A DNA stretch of 64,000 bases from Massalongia carnosa (taxonomy: Eukaryota): the NCBI GenBank assembly GCA_965645245.1, contig OZ287070.1, positions 62,001 through 126,000 of the forward strand. Direction: 5' to 3'. Below the pieces are notes generated by a model. The model saw only the letters and a program-made list of their open reading frames with translations. It had not been told where the DNA came from and made no database searches. Position numbers and translations under genes: made by a program. Each line of letters opens with the position of its first letter. Within the stretch, counting starts at the first letter, position 1. Of this stretch, positions 23,881 to 36,434 are shown one piece after another.

Positions 23881-26024
23881 ACCAGAAGCCCTTTGTCGTA
23901 AAAAATTCGACCTTAACCCAAAAAAAAAAAAAAAAAAAGTATCACCCACAGCTGAGCCTGTGGGGGTGTTTTCGTACATCGCCAGCAGCATTAGCCTGCG
24001 GAGTACACTGACTCACCTGCAGGTGATCCACTGGGAAGCATGATATTATACTGGAGTATGTGGGAGTTATTGAATTTCTCTTTATCATGTGGGAGTGCTA
24101 TTTCAGTGCCTGAGTGGGGGTGTTAGAATGTACAAATCAGGTTACTTCATTTCAGCCGCACTCACCTTCTACCGCACGAGTATGGCGCACGCTAATGGCT
24201 AGACGTATCGCTAGTCTAATACTAGCATACCGTACATTGTCTATAAATCTAGCTATTCCCACTATATAGAACAACAGCAAGCGTTCTATCCTCTATCTAC
24301 TATACTACCTTTTGATAAATATTACATATCTTTCAAAGATGATGCCACTGGAACGTACCATGTTTATCCGCTGAAACTGAAGAGTCAGGCCTTTGAGAAG
24401 GCAAAGGAATATATTGAATGGGCGTCTCAGGAAACTGGCATGCAGATGGGAGCACTCCATACGGATAGGGGAGGTGAATATAACAATGAAACCTTTCAGG
24501 ACTATCTTAAGAAACAACACATCAGATGGAAATGCAGTGCCCCATACACCCCCGAACAAAATGGAAAAGCCGAGCGACTAAATTATACTCTGATGAGTTC
24601 AGTCCGGTCCATCTTATCAGCAATGAAATTACCGAAGGGCCTATGGCCTGAAATCATCAAAGCAGTGTGTTATCTGAAGAACAGAAGTCCTAACACGGAC
24701 GGGGTGACACCATATGAGAAACTAAACAACAAAAAGCCTAACCTCGGTCATCTAAGAGTGTTGGGTGCACGTGCTTGGGTTCATATTCCCAAGGAAAAGC
24801 GAAAGAAGCTAGACGAACGGTCCTGGCAGGGCATCCATGTGGGCTATGAAGGCACCAATCAGTATCGGATATATGACCCCTGCACAGGCAAAGTTCATGT
24901 TACTAGAGACGTAACTATTGATGAAAAGAACCTATTTGATCGGAAAGCTTACAAATCAAACGAGCTTGTTGACGACGAATGGGCACAAACAGACGATGAT
25001 CAGTTCGGAAATCCAGACGATTTTGACGACGAGGGAAATAACAAACCCGAGGACTATTACACCCCTCGGTCAACTAAACCTCACCTACCTACACCCCCCG
25101 ATTCTCCTCCAAACACGGAACATTCACACCAAAATTCAGTGGGAGATTCACAACAAACAAGGCCAGAAGGGGGAAATGTCGAAGAAAATTATGGAGGGGG
25201 AAATTATGATAATCCCTATGATAGTCTGACCCACGACCCCGAGGCCACCAACCACGAGGCCGAGGCCACCGACCCCGAGGCCCCTGAGGCCTCGGAAGGC
25301 CATAATTCTTCCACCTCTGACCATGTTCCATTGAGAAGGTCCAAGCGGGCACCAGTCAAACGAACACAATATCCTGATGAAATTTTTTATGGACCAGGTA
25401 GGCTACCGAAACGAACTAATTTCACTAGCACAAACGTGGCAAAATCCCACATACATATGATGAAGGCACTAACCATGCTTGCAAGCAACATTGATAATGA
25501 AGGGCCAGATGAACCCCTCTCGCTCAAAGAGGCTATGGCTAGGCCTGATTGGCCCAAATGGATGGAGGCCATGAAGACCGAAATTGAATCTCATACCGAA
25601 AATGGCACGTGGGAGTTGACCGAAGCACCAAAAGACCGACGGGTAATCACCGGACGGTGGGTGTTCAAACTGAAAAAGGATCGACATGGAAACATACTAA
25701 AATACAAAGCACGATGGGTGGTTCATGGCTACAAGCAGGAAGAAGGTCTAGACTACATCGACACCTTCGCTGCAGTGGTCAAGCCTATGTCATATATGAG
25801 ATGGTTCTATGTCACGTGAGGCCCCTGAGTCAAAGTAAATTAAGAATCACCCTCTGAATATTCTTTCCTCATTCACTTCTTCTCACTCGGCCTCATCCAT
25901 CTCACTGACTCGTCGTCGACCCCACTTTGTCTCGGTGCCCCTACCTCGCTGTCAGTGCTTGCTGCTTTTCCAATCTCACTGACTCGTCGTCGACCTCACG
26001 TTGTCTCGGTGCCCCTACCTCCCA

Positions 26025-27038
26025 ATGACGAACACCCGTTCCCAAAGCACCTTGATGGACGACATAGTCCCCGACCCCCAGGAGATTTTCGGATTGACGC
26101 AGGCCCAATCCAATCAAATCTTCGCCCTACAAAAGAAGAAAGCCGAGGCGGAAGCGAAGGCGGCCGAGGCTGAGGCTAGAATTGCCGAGTCCAAGGCATT
26201 GGTCGCCGAGAAGGAGGTGGAAAAAATGCAGCTAGAAATCGACTGCATGCGCCGAGAATCTGACGCCCGAATAGCGGCCGTCATTCCTGCTGGCAAGCCG
26301 AGTCGTGTCGTCGGCGATGACGACGAGGACCTAGGTGAGATCCCTCTCGAAGTAAGAAGCATAGCACCCCGTTTCGCGGGCCTACCACAGGACGAGATCA
26401 TCAAGATCTTTTCAAATAAATTCAAAGCCATCAACCTCTCCCGCCTCCGACACATGCACGGCATGCAATACGAGTCATACAAGGATCAAGACCGCATCGG
26501 CATCGAAGACGGCGCCTTGAGGTTGAGAAAGGCATCCGGGACCTACAAAGATTTCGGAAAGACAGTTCATGACGTCTGGACCGAGAGCTTCATCAACTAC
26601 ACCTCGATCTTGGTCAGTCTTTTCGGGAAATCGAGTCAACAGCTTCACGCCACCATGTCGGCATTCCACGGGAAAATCCTCACGCTGGCCAAGGTGTACG
26701 AGTGGCAGGAAGCAGTCCTCCCCCTCGCCATCGAAACCCACACCCACATCATCGCGTCTCAGCCATCCGACGCATCCCAATGGAAAATGCCCGACGAATT
26801 CCAAGCTCGATTCTGCACCCCCCTCACAGTCCTACGCCGTCGCCGCTCACGATCCCCGCCGTCCCGACGACCGACCCCGAGAGGAGACAGGGCCGAGAGG
26901 GCCGAGAAGGCAGCGGGGGAAATCTGCGACAAGTACAACAGCGGCACCTGCACCTGGCCGTCGTGCTACCGACAGCACAAATGCAAATCGTGCGGCGCGG
27001 CTGGGCATGGCCAGAAGACATGCCCAACGAAGAAATAG
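26025..27038 (+). CDS. gag: Gag-like ORF1 of YR element 1
   Basis: ATG at 26025; coiled-coil-like N-terminus; C-terminal C/H cluster CDKYN..C..C..H.C..C..H..C. Confidence 0.85.
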   Translation: MTNTRSQSTLMDDIVPDPQEIFGLTQAQSNQIFALQKKKAEAEAKAAEAEARIAESKALVAEKEVEKMQLEIDCMRRESDARIAAVIPAGKPSRVVGDDDEDLGEIPLEVRSIAPRFAGLPQDEIIKIFSNKFKAINLSRLRHMHGMQYESYKDQDRIGIEDGALRLRKASGTYKDFGKTVHDVWTESFINYTSILVSLFGKSSQQLHATMSAFHGKILTLAKVYEWQEAVLPLAIETHTHIIASQPSDASQWKMPDEFQARFCTPLTVLRRRRSRSPPSRRPTPRGDRAERAEKAAGEICDKYNSGTCTWPSCYRQHKCKSCGAAGHGQKTCPTKK

Positions 27039-28787
27039 GGGGTTGGTGCAGGAGGCAGTAGAATAGCTTCAATAGCTGAATTCATGACGTCCCATCCCTG
27101 CTTACCTGCACCAATCAGACCAAATACAATCCCTTCGTTTCAACTCGTAGACGCATCTCGTCAGCGTTTGAAAGACAGCCCATCTCCCCTCGTACCGTCC
27201 GCATGGGCAACCCTACTTCAAGAGTATCCGGGCCCCCTCCGAGTCCATCTGCCCATGATCCTTCGTTTCGGAGTACAAATCGGATACGAAGGCCCCACAG
27301 ACATCCTTCGGATCGAAAAAAATCTGACATCAGCGAATGAGGACCCGGAAACGATCGAGAATAAGCTTCAAGAGGACCTCAGGAAGGGCCGAGTCAGACG
27401 AATAGCCGCCCCGAGTCAGCCATTTGTGGCCTCCCCCCTCGGCTTGGTCCCGAAACATGACGGAGGATGGCGACGCATTCATCAGCTGTCTCATCCCAAT
27501 CAAACATCAGTCAACGACAACATTCCAGAAGAGGCATCCAAATTACAATACGCCAGACTCGACGACATTATTCAATTGATTCTGTCAGAGGGCAAAGGTG
27601 CTGTCATAGTGAAAAGAGACGTCAAAGACGCCTTTCGAAACGTTCCCGTCGCACCTCATCATCAATGGCTTCTGGGTTTCGGATGGAATGACGAATTCTA
27701 CACCGAGACATGCCTTTCGTTCGGACTGTCGACGGCCCCGTTCATCTTCAATCTTTTTGCGGAAGGCTTTCATTGGATTTTGGAATCCTTTCTACAATGG
27801 AGATTACATCACTATCTAGACGACTTCGTTGCAATTTTCCCATCCGAGACATCGTCAGAACGATTGCACCAAGAAACAAAAGCCTACAACATTCTCACCG
27901 ACATTCTCGGCATCCCGAGAAACGACTCAAAAGACGCCGAGGGAACGACAGCGACAGTCTTCGGACTCGAGGTCGACACCATCAACAGTCTTATTCGTCT
28001 GCCAGCGGACAAGCTGGAAAAAGCGAGAATCATCACTACAAAGGCACTAAACGAGACGACAATCAGCCTCGGCGACATGCAGTCAATAGCGGGCTTCCTA
28101 AGCTTCTGCGCACAGGCAGTCAAATTGGGCCGAGTCTTCTTACGATTATTCTGGAATTTTATAGCCTCATTTCCCTCGGGCAGTCATCGTCGGGTCAAAA
28201 GAAGAATTCTCACATGGGTCAGACAGGATCTCATCTGGTGGAACAAACTTTTAGTGGACTTCAACGGTATTGTCTTCTTCGAGACGTCAACACGAGACAC
28301 GATCAAGGTGCATACGGATGCATGCCTCACAGGTCTCGGAGGCTATTTTCAACAAGACAACGAGCTCGTGAATCAAAAAAAACACATGTAGGGCCCGAGT
28401 CCTAGTCCTCAATCAGGAAGAATCACCGAGTATAAACGTCCGAGAAGTCGAGGCTATCCTTCTAATCCTTCAGAAATGGGCGCCGACATGGCGACATCGA
28501 CAGATCCTTGTCTTTACCGACAGCAACACAGCATACACAGGATTCACGAATCTAACCCTCAAGGGACCGGCCAACGCGCCTCTACGAGAAATACTGTCCA
28601 TAGCTGCAAAGTGGGACATCGTACTACGTTGTCAATGGATCAGTGGCACTTCCAATGGACTAGCAGACGCCCTGTCACGTTTTGATGATGAAAGATTGGC
28701 TAACTTTTGCCCTCATTGGCAGAACCCATACAATTCGATGAACCTCCCTCCGCCTACCTATCCTCCACACCAGGGCCAGCCCTGGTA
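27039..28787 (+). pseudogene. pol: RT/RNase H of YR element 1, frameshifted near the A run at ~28375-28383
   Basis: SPLGLVPK, KRDVKDAFR, LSFGLSTAP, YLDDF, TDACLTG; RNase H continues in another frame (FTDS, NGLADALSR). Confidence 0.9.
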
Positions 28788-28791
28788 AAAC

Positions 28792-31700
28792 CAGTGTTCG
28801 CAATGGAGTGACTGGATTGGATTGGAGTGGCGCTCCAATCCAATCCATTAAGTCTAGACCTATATGGATTGGAGTCCATTAAGATTAAACCTTAATGGAT
28901 TGGACTCCATTAAGGAATATATTTAATGGATGGAGTGGATCGGAGTCCATGGATCTCCAGTGGAGTAAATCCAGTGGACTCCACTGGATTAAATCCATTT
29001 AATCCATTTAATCCATGGACTCCATGGACTCCACTGAAGTGCAGTGCGTACAAACCTTTCCGGAACCTCCCTCGAGCGTAAAACCACTTTGTAGTAGATA
29101 TAAATTGCCTAATCGAGACGACGACCCAGCTAAGCGAGGACGACGACCTTTGTGTTTTGATGATTTTAGCTGGATTTTCGCACCTTCCATGGCCCGGTAA
29201 ACCTCGGCTAGGGGGTAGAGTCTGAAATATAGGTGGTAGATTGAGGTTGCGAAGTTGAAGTGATGAGGAAGGAGTGTTTTTGCATTTGTTCTCCACGAAC
29301 TCAAAGTAGTTTTTGAACCTTTCAACTAAAATTAACTAGGAAAAATTCAAAAGATACCTAAAAGAACCTTTCCAGCAATGCCAAATTTGCCATCAAACAT
29401 AGCAAATATCAACTTCTAGTCCCCTTGGCAACCATGCACTCATCCCACCTCCTATGGGTTCCCTTGATCCCCGAACTTCTCTCCTGCCTTCTGGTACGCT
29501 GGTAAGTACTCGAAATAGTCTCCTAGAACTAGCCCACCCATGGCCCAGCTTCTAATACACTCTCCTGCCTCAATAAAGTCGGGTTTTAGACGATTCCTAT
29601 GATCTGGAATCATCAATTTGGACGAAGAGAACAAGCGTTCGACCTCTGCACTCTTGCCAGGCACAGAGAATATATCCCTGGCCATTTGAGCTAGTCTAGG
29701 ATAGTGAGGCTCGTGAGCTTTCCACCATTCTAAGTGGCCAGAGAACCCGCAACCATCTTCATCAACTGGTTCTGTATTACAGTACCGTCTATATTCATCT
29801 CTGACAGTGGATTTAGCTTTGTTTGTACTCCTTTTAAGGTGTTCCTTCAAAAGGGAGGGCTTAGCGTGCTACAAATATAGTTAGCCGTGTTTTTATATTA
29901 ATAAGTGTTAATATACCTTATTATTTTGACTTCCAGGTGACGGTGTATCATCTTCAGCAACCTCTATATTTGCATATAAGTCTTGCCAAAGTTTTTGGAC
30001 CTTCGTACGAGCTTGAGCAAGGTCACTAGCACTCATACTATCCTCAAAATAAGTGCACTTATACCAGGGCATCAGGACGACGGCCACTAAATAAATAGGG
30101 GAAGTGAGTAGTTGACGGTATTTCTCTAGCTTTTGCATGGCGTTAATAATGTTCAGTTCCAGTCGTTTACTAGCTAGTTCCTGTGGGTTTGACTGATCGA
30201 CTTCATCAAGCTCAAAGCCAAATAGCTGCTCTTCCATCCCCTTTTTTATTAAATCATATGAAGGGAGCACTTGGTGAGCGTAACCACTATTTCCTATTAA
30301 AAGCTTAGTGATTATCGAGTTATTTAAAGCTTATATAATATACCAGACATCTCTCTTCCTTGTAAACTCATCATAAGCTCTTCGAGTGGTTCCATAAAAG
30401 CAATCACTTCCTTGGCGTAGTTCCAATCGTCAACCGTCATTTGCGAATCAAAAAGAGTCTTCTCAGTAAATGATTGCTCAGAGTTACGATGGACGAATAG
30501 ATCAAGAGAGTCTTTGATTTGAATGGCCCGTCGAAGCATATTAAGAGTTGAAAACCATCTAGTGATTTGCTCTTTAATTGGATGCAAGAGAGGGTCTTGA
30601 ATCGTCTTATTAATCCCTTCAAACTGCTCGATCCTTTGAGCGGTGGCCATTATAAAGACAATAATCACATGAAGCTTTGTAATAGCATCTATAGGACGTT
30701 TCCAGACTGCCTTGGGCTCCCCTGGGAGTCGTTGACGCGCTTGCTTCGTAGGTTTGTTCTCTAAGAATGCAGTTGCCACGAGATTAACGATATGGCCGAA
30801 ACAACGTAGTCGGTGAGTATCAGCGTCCCACCTAACTCCCTGCAAAAGGAGATGTTCCTCGACTGCTCTCAAGCAAGTGTCATTATCACCGGCATTATCC
30901 AAAACACAGTAGCCGAGCCTACCCCCTAGTTTATAAACTTCAAGGGCCTTGACTATTAATTTTGACATATTCTCTCCACTATGGGGTCCAATAAGACGCT
31001 TCATGCCAAGAATCACTGTACGTGCTTGCCAGGAACGATCAATAAAGTGACAGCAAAGACCTAGCATAGAGAAATTATTAGGAGACGACCATAAGTCAAA
31101 GGATATATGGACTTGGCAGTTGCTTTCCACTAATAACTGAATCAATACAAGTTGACAAGCTAGAAATATCTCTAATAGTGCAGCTTTAATGGAATTGCCC
31201 GACTTGGGGAGTGTATCATTGCCTCATAAATACGGACTTGAATATAAAAGCAGGTCTCGAAAAGCACGCTGCTCTACAATGGCAAAAGGAATATGACAAA
31301 TACAAAGAAATCGTAAGAGCTTTTGTCGAAAGACTTCTGGACTAAAAGGAGCAACTACTACCCCTTGTTGAAGATGTTCAACAACAGAGATAGATGCCCT
31401 AGCAGCTGCTTCCTTAGGTGGAACAAGATTATGGTCCTTTCGTAAGTGCTCTCCACATGAAGCAGTGCCGTTTGTGATCATATACTCAGTATTAGAACCG
31501 TCTGCAACACCTGTAGTTAATTAGCTTTAATAATCGTTAATATAAATTAAATAGATATTGGACAAATGTATAGTACATGTCAAAATGACAACTCGATGGT
31601 TCGGTACATATAAAATGGGCGGAATTACACTGAGTTCTATACAAATTTTCATAGCAAACATGGCAAATAAGTATAAATCTGGTACTTTACATTTGTTACA

Positions 31701-32969
31701 CACCCAATAGGCCTTGCCCTCCCTCTCTGCCTTGGTGCCCCAATCCCATATCCAACTACGGCTCGCTCTAGCTCTCTTTGAAGCTATTCCACTTGTAGGA
31801 GACGAAAACCGGCCACCAATAACCCTGCCTTCAATAGAGGTTATAGGTGACGGCCTAGAAGGGCTGCTGGAATGGTTACCAGGAGCGTTCCTGTCGTTCT
31901 CAAGTATATAGTGCCGCTCAGGATGATATGGGGACGCTCCGTAGCTTGGGAAGTCGTGGAGGGTGCAGGGGAACGTCGAGAAAAGCTCAGGGCTGACTGG
32001 GATGGAGACCTCTGCCATATATTAATATATAAGCTTGATTAAATAAAGGATATGGATCAATACTCTTGAAGCTTCATTCCCAAGCTCTGCTGAACCAACC
32101 GTACGCTTTCTGCCACGCGTAATACGTTCAGGAACGTCGATATCACATGCTCCAGGAAGCTCAAATACTGACTCTGTCTCGCCAGGGTCGGGGCGGGTTG
32201 TAGTTGTATCGTCACTAATATCAGACATCTGTCACGGTACGAGGTCTGGTAGGAATTCAGGTGGTGCAAACGTATTACTTGATTGTCTAGCTAGGTGGAC
32301 AAGACGTTCGACAAGGAGAAAAGAAACAGAAAATCCAAGGTGGGCGAGTATAAGACTCTGGCGAACGGAACTAGTCCCAATCCAGCCGTTGATCCAATTT
32401 CCCCCAAGTCCCTAGCATGAAACTATCGCTATGACAGTCGGAACACTTACCTTCAGCCGGAACACTTACCTTTGCCCTAACTAAACCTGATTAAGCTTAG
32501 TTCCTTTCGGATCGGCTAGCCGGCTAGTGCTTCGTTCAAGCAGCTAAGGTTGGTTCAATGAACTAACTGGCAGGTGCCCAGTCACTCCATGACAACATCA
32601 CTTCAAGTACGGTTCGGGACGGATTTTGGTGGTTTCTAGTTTAAATAGAAGCAAATTCAGTCCATAGCAAGTGATATTTATAGGTTGACACGAATAAAAG
32701 CAGTAAAACAAGTGAAATATCACTTAAAATGTGGGAATTACCATAGCTTTAAGGCCCCTGGAGCTATACCTAAAACACCACCTATTTTTAGGCCCTAATC
32801 CATTGGACTCCATGGAGTCCACTCCATTAGATAAATCCTTATTGGAGTGACTCCATTAAGCCTAAAACCTTATTGGATGGACTCCATTTAAAAAAAAAAC
32901 CTTTGGAGTGGATTGGAGTGGATTAAATGGAGTGGATATCCATTAAGAATCACTCCATTGCGAACACTG
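28792..32969 (-). mobile_element. hAT DNA transposon
   Basis: 20-bp TIR CAGTGTTCGCAATGGAGTGA; 8-bp TSD GGTAAAAC (28784-28791, 32970-32977); dense TGGAG/TGGAT subterminal repeats. Confidence 0.96.
29452..32228 (-). pseudogene. Multi-exon hAT transposase with BED finger; at least one premature stop
   Basis: SWIW..YWVCNKC..HL..H, SFDLWSS, LDNAGDND, RCFGH, TRWFS, WWK..ARDIFSVP..AEVERLFS; in-frame TGA at 31224-31226. Confidence 0.9.
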
Positions 32970-35279
32970 GGTAAAACGCCTCGTCTGGCACGGACACTCG
33001 GCGGACACGAGAAAAGGGTACGGGACGGCGATCGACTCATACGAGGCATTCTGCGCGACGACGGGACGCACGTCGTGGCCTGCAACAACCGAGTCCCTCG
33101 AGGAATGGCTAGCCGGTCGACTATACGGGGGCGGCACACCCAAGCAGGGAAAGATAAAACCAGAGACGGCAGCGAGCTACCTCGCCGGCCTCAGATCATA
33201 CCATGTAGACCGAGGATATGGCCTCACCCCATTCGAGGGGCCGAGACTTCAATTGATGCTGAAAGGGGGAAAAAGGATCTTTTCTCAGACAAAAAGAAGA
33301 CGCCTACCCATTTCAAAAGAATTACTGACAAAAATCACCAGTATTCCCGCTCATTCGGCCGAAGACCTCAACATCGACGCGACATTCAAAGTTGCATGGG
33401 CAGGGTTCCTCAGACTCGGGAAAATCACCTACACTGTCGCCGATCGTAAGAAGACATCTTTTCAGAGATTGAAACCTACACGAGGTTACATCTCATTCGC
33501 CGAGAACGATCAATACGCGACATTACGTCTCAAAAGAAGCAAAACAGACACAAATCACTCATGAGTTCAGATAGTGCTGGCAGCGACCAATGAGAGCACT
33601 TGCCCCGTGACAGCACTACGGCGTCTTTTCAGAAATGATCCTCAGCCATCTACATCCCCGCTTTTTCGTCTCGGCACCGCATTCACCAGAGCCTCCGTCA
33701 TAGCATCCCTGAAAAAGAGACTGATAGCCGCCGGCATCAACGACTCGGCATACTCGGGACACAGCTTCAGAAAAGGAGCAGCACAACACGCCGCCGACCA
33801 CGGGATGCTGGATGAGAGTATTCAGAGACTCGGAAGATGGTCATCAAACGCGTTTCAGCTATACTTTCAGACGTCCCAGGCCTCACTATTCAATTTGAAC
33901 CTCAGTTTTCAAAAAGGCATCCCTCTGGCAGTCCCACGTGCTGTCGTCGCCGAGACGAATCCTACAAACTCCTACCCCTACTCAATTTGGGCATTCCATT
34001 GGGCGTACAGGTCAACCAGGGCATCGATCCGGAGCGCCGCCGGGCACCTCCATCTAGATCATCGCCGTCGGGCACTGCCGTCGGGCATCATCTATCGGAT
34101 CTTTGAGCGTCAGCAGACGCCTCGGGCCTAGAAGATGAGGTTCTCACCTCAGCACCGACCCCGAGTCACGTGCCTAGGCCTGCCCGGGTTGACCTGTGTC
34201 GTTCCCATGCCCAATCAAATTCAAGCATTCAAATCAATTCATCCAAAAAGCCCCATCCAGAACGGACGGTTATGATGACAAGAATAATGCCAAAGTAAGA
34301 GGCAGTACTCTGTAGTCACGATTCGAACCTCTCGAAGTAACTTTCGGCTCTTCAGCGATTGCGGAGAGTGCTATGTATGTAAGCATAAAGCACAGTAGGT
34401 TTTAAAAGCAGAATGCATTCTATTGATATTGAGCTGTCGCGCACAGAACGTGAAATCTTTGATACAGAATGGGGGAATGCTTATTGCTCATAGAAGAGTG
34501 GTGCTGTGGACATCATTATTCGACAAGTCGACTTCTACGCCAAGCAGCGTTAGAATCAGGTCATGCATACTCGGAGAAGTTGATTCATTAGTACTATTCT
34601 GTGGACTTGATGAAGTGCTGATGACATGAATGTCTTCGTACCCGTTTAACTCGATTAGCATCTTGTGGAAGAATTCTCATTGTGATGGTCTTTCATTCAC
34701 AACAACATGTACTCCGTAGCCTTATGTTTTCTACCGACGAGGACGGGCATGCCTCGAAAATCATTGGCGATGACGTGTCCGGACTACGCCGCCTAGATGC
34801 ATCTAGTGAAACGTGCTGAACCAATCAGTGCTAAGAAAGCAGCAGGCTGCGCCCACTAGTTCGGCTATGCTGAGAGCTAGTGCGTCGTTAATCGAGACAG
34901 CTCCCGCTTTGATTTCGGCACCGCATGGATCTCTCGGACGGCATAGATGTCTCAGCACCATAAGGATGTCTCAGCACGGCATAGAGATCTTAGCACCGCA
35001 TCGATCCTTCGGACGACAGTTAGGTTTCGGATTTGTGTATGCCTTGCTATGGGCCGCGTTGATGGGGCATACTGGGATGGTAGAGTAGGACAAGGAGAAT
35101 AGGAAGAAGATATATAAAGAGGAGGTCCCAGACGGTATCCCTCATCATCTCACATCTCAAGACAATCAAAAAGCATAGCATTTTGATAGCACTGTTTGCA
35201 ACGTTTTCTTTTCACCCAATTCAAATTTATACAACCACTACACTTAAATTTACTCTATTCAAATCCCTCTCCTCCAAAA

Positions 35280-36434
35280 ATGGCCACCCGCATCTCCAAC
35301 AGAATCACCAAGCCTACCTCCCGCACACAAGGCAGCACTCTAGCCCGTACTAGAACTAGAGCTAGGGCAAATCTAGCCAACTCCAACCCAGACGTCGAAG
35401 TACCCGACTCACAAGACAGCACGGCAACCCTTCAAAGCCATCCTCAACCTTCTCCTCTTCCATCTTCAGCGTTTAATTCCTCCTCACAAGGGCCTGTTAT
35501 ACCGGAAACCCGTTCTCGCACCCCTGATGACATTATTGAACTTAGATCACAACGCGAAATGTCCCGCAGGGAAGCCGAGGAAAGAGAAAGAGTAAGTCTT
35601 AGGCGGGATATCGAAACCCAACAAGCACGTGCCCGAGACGTGGTCCCTGGGCCAGTAGCCTCAGCTCAACAGCCTTCCCTATTATTTCCGACATCATTTC
35701 CACCGCATCGACCAAACTCATTGTATACAGAAGGTATGGATCCTCGTTTTGTTTCTCTTATGAACGAATATCCCACTATCAAGCCCATATGGATAAAGCA
35801 AATCTCCGAGAATACGTTTGACCCAATCAACATTACCAAGCTATGTACCGACATCGACGGAGTTCAAACCAACTCTAGATACGTCAAACTCGGAGAAGGT
35901 CTGGAAATCGCCACGAGAGAAGAAGATGGCTCCTTAAAAGATATCAAAGGGATAGTTCATTTGATACGATGTCTCGGGGTATATTGGATGATACTACTAC
36001 ACTTTGCACACCCCGGTCTCCAGATAAACCTGATGAGAGCCTTCATGGCTTATCAGGACCATCTTCTATCATTATACGCCTTCTACACCTGGGACTCGGT
36101 TCGCATCTTTCATTTGAATTTCCACAAATCTCGAGCCTTTCGCGGGATTGACAACCCGGATGGATGGAAAGAAATGGACCATTCCTTGGAAAGGCATCTT
36201 GTGCGGAAACCGTCCGCTTACTTTGCAAAACCGGACGATAATTCTACGGCTTTCAAAACCTCAGGCGAAAAGATTATCTGTAAGAAATACAACTATGGCA
36301 AAGACTGTCCCGTATATTGTAGATTCCAACATGTGTGTGAGAAATGTGGAAAGCAACATCGGGCGATGGACTGTACAAATGGAAAAAATCAACCCTCTAA
36401 CCCAAATTCGATGCCTCTCCCATCAAGGCAATGA
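35280..36434 (+). CDS. gag: Gag-like ORF1 of YR element 2
   Basis: ATG at 35280; core similar to 26025-27038; CKKYN..C..C..H.CEKC..H..C zinc cluster. Confidence 0.88.
   Translation: MATRISNRITKPTSRTQGSTLARTRTRARANLANSNPDVEVPDSQDSTATLQSHPQPSPLPSSAFNSSSQGPVIPETRSRTPDDIIELRSQREMSRREAEERERVSLRRDIETQQARARDVVPGPVASAQQPSLLFPTSFPPHRPNSLYTEGMDPRFVSLMNEYPTIKPIWIKQISENTFDPINITKLCTDIDGVQTNSRYVKLGEGLEIATREEDGSLKDIKGIVHLIRCLGVYWMILLHFAHPGLQINLMRAFMAYQDHLLSLYAFYTWDSVRIFHLNFHKSRAFRGIDNPDGWKEMDHSLERHLVRKPSAYFAKPDDNSTAFKTSGEKIICKKYNYGKDCPVYCRFQHVCEKCGKQHRAMDCTNGKNQPSNPNSMPLPSRQ

Larger units (their letters stand above)
18364..24317 (+). mobile_element. Full-length, young Copia (Ty5/hemivirus-like) LTR retrotransposon
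   Basis: 197-bp LTRs 18364-18560 and 24121-24317 (one difference seen); TSD AATAT; PBS; PPT GAGTGGGGG; intact polyprotein. Confidence 0.97.
16221..25796 (+). mobile_element. Degenerate Copia element, split by the Copia at 18364-24317 and truncated within RT
   Basis: 5' LTR 16221-16407 (TGTTGA...TCAACA); PBS-like GGTTATGAG; gag zinc knuckle and protease IIDSGAT with stops; integrase resumes at 24323 (TDRGGEY, PEQNGKAER); RT stops at VKPMSY; no 3' LTR. Confidence 0.92.
28704..34131 (+). pseudogene. Tyrosine recombinase of YR element 1 (28704-28791 joined to 32978-34131)
   Basis: After removing the hAT it reads LVKRLVWHG..TRKGY; GFLRLG, SKTD, GHSFRKG, LGRWSS..F..Y; premature TGA at 33562-33564. 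Confidence 0.9.
25797..34260 (+). mobile_element. Tyrosine-recombinase retrotransposon (DIRS order), defective, interrupted by a hAT element; boundaries approximate
   Basis: Gag, RT/RNase H, YR order, homologous to the element at 34857-39795; no long terminal direct repeats seen. Confidence 0.88.

Noticed and set aside
23921..23938. Poly-A run as a retroposed insert
   Set aside because: No TSD or associated body; within the Copia 3' UTR.
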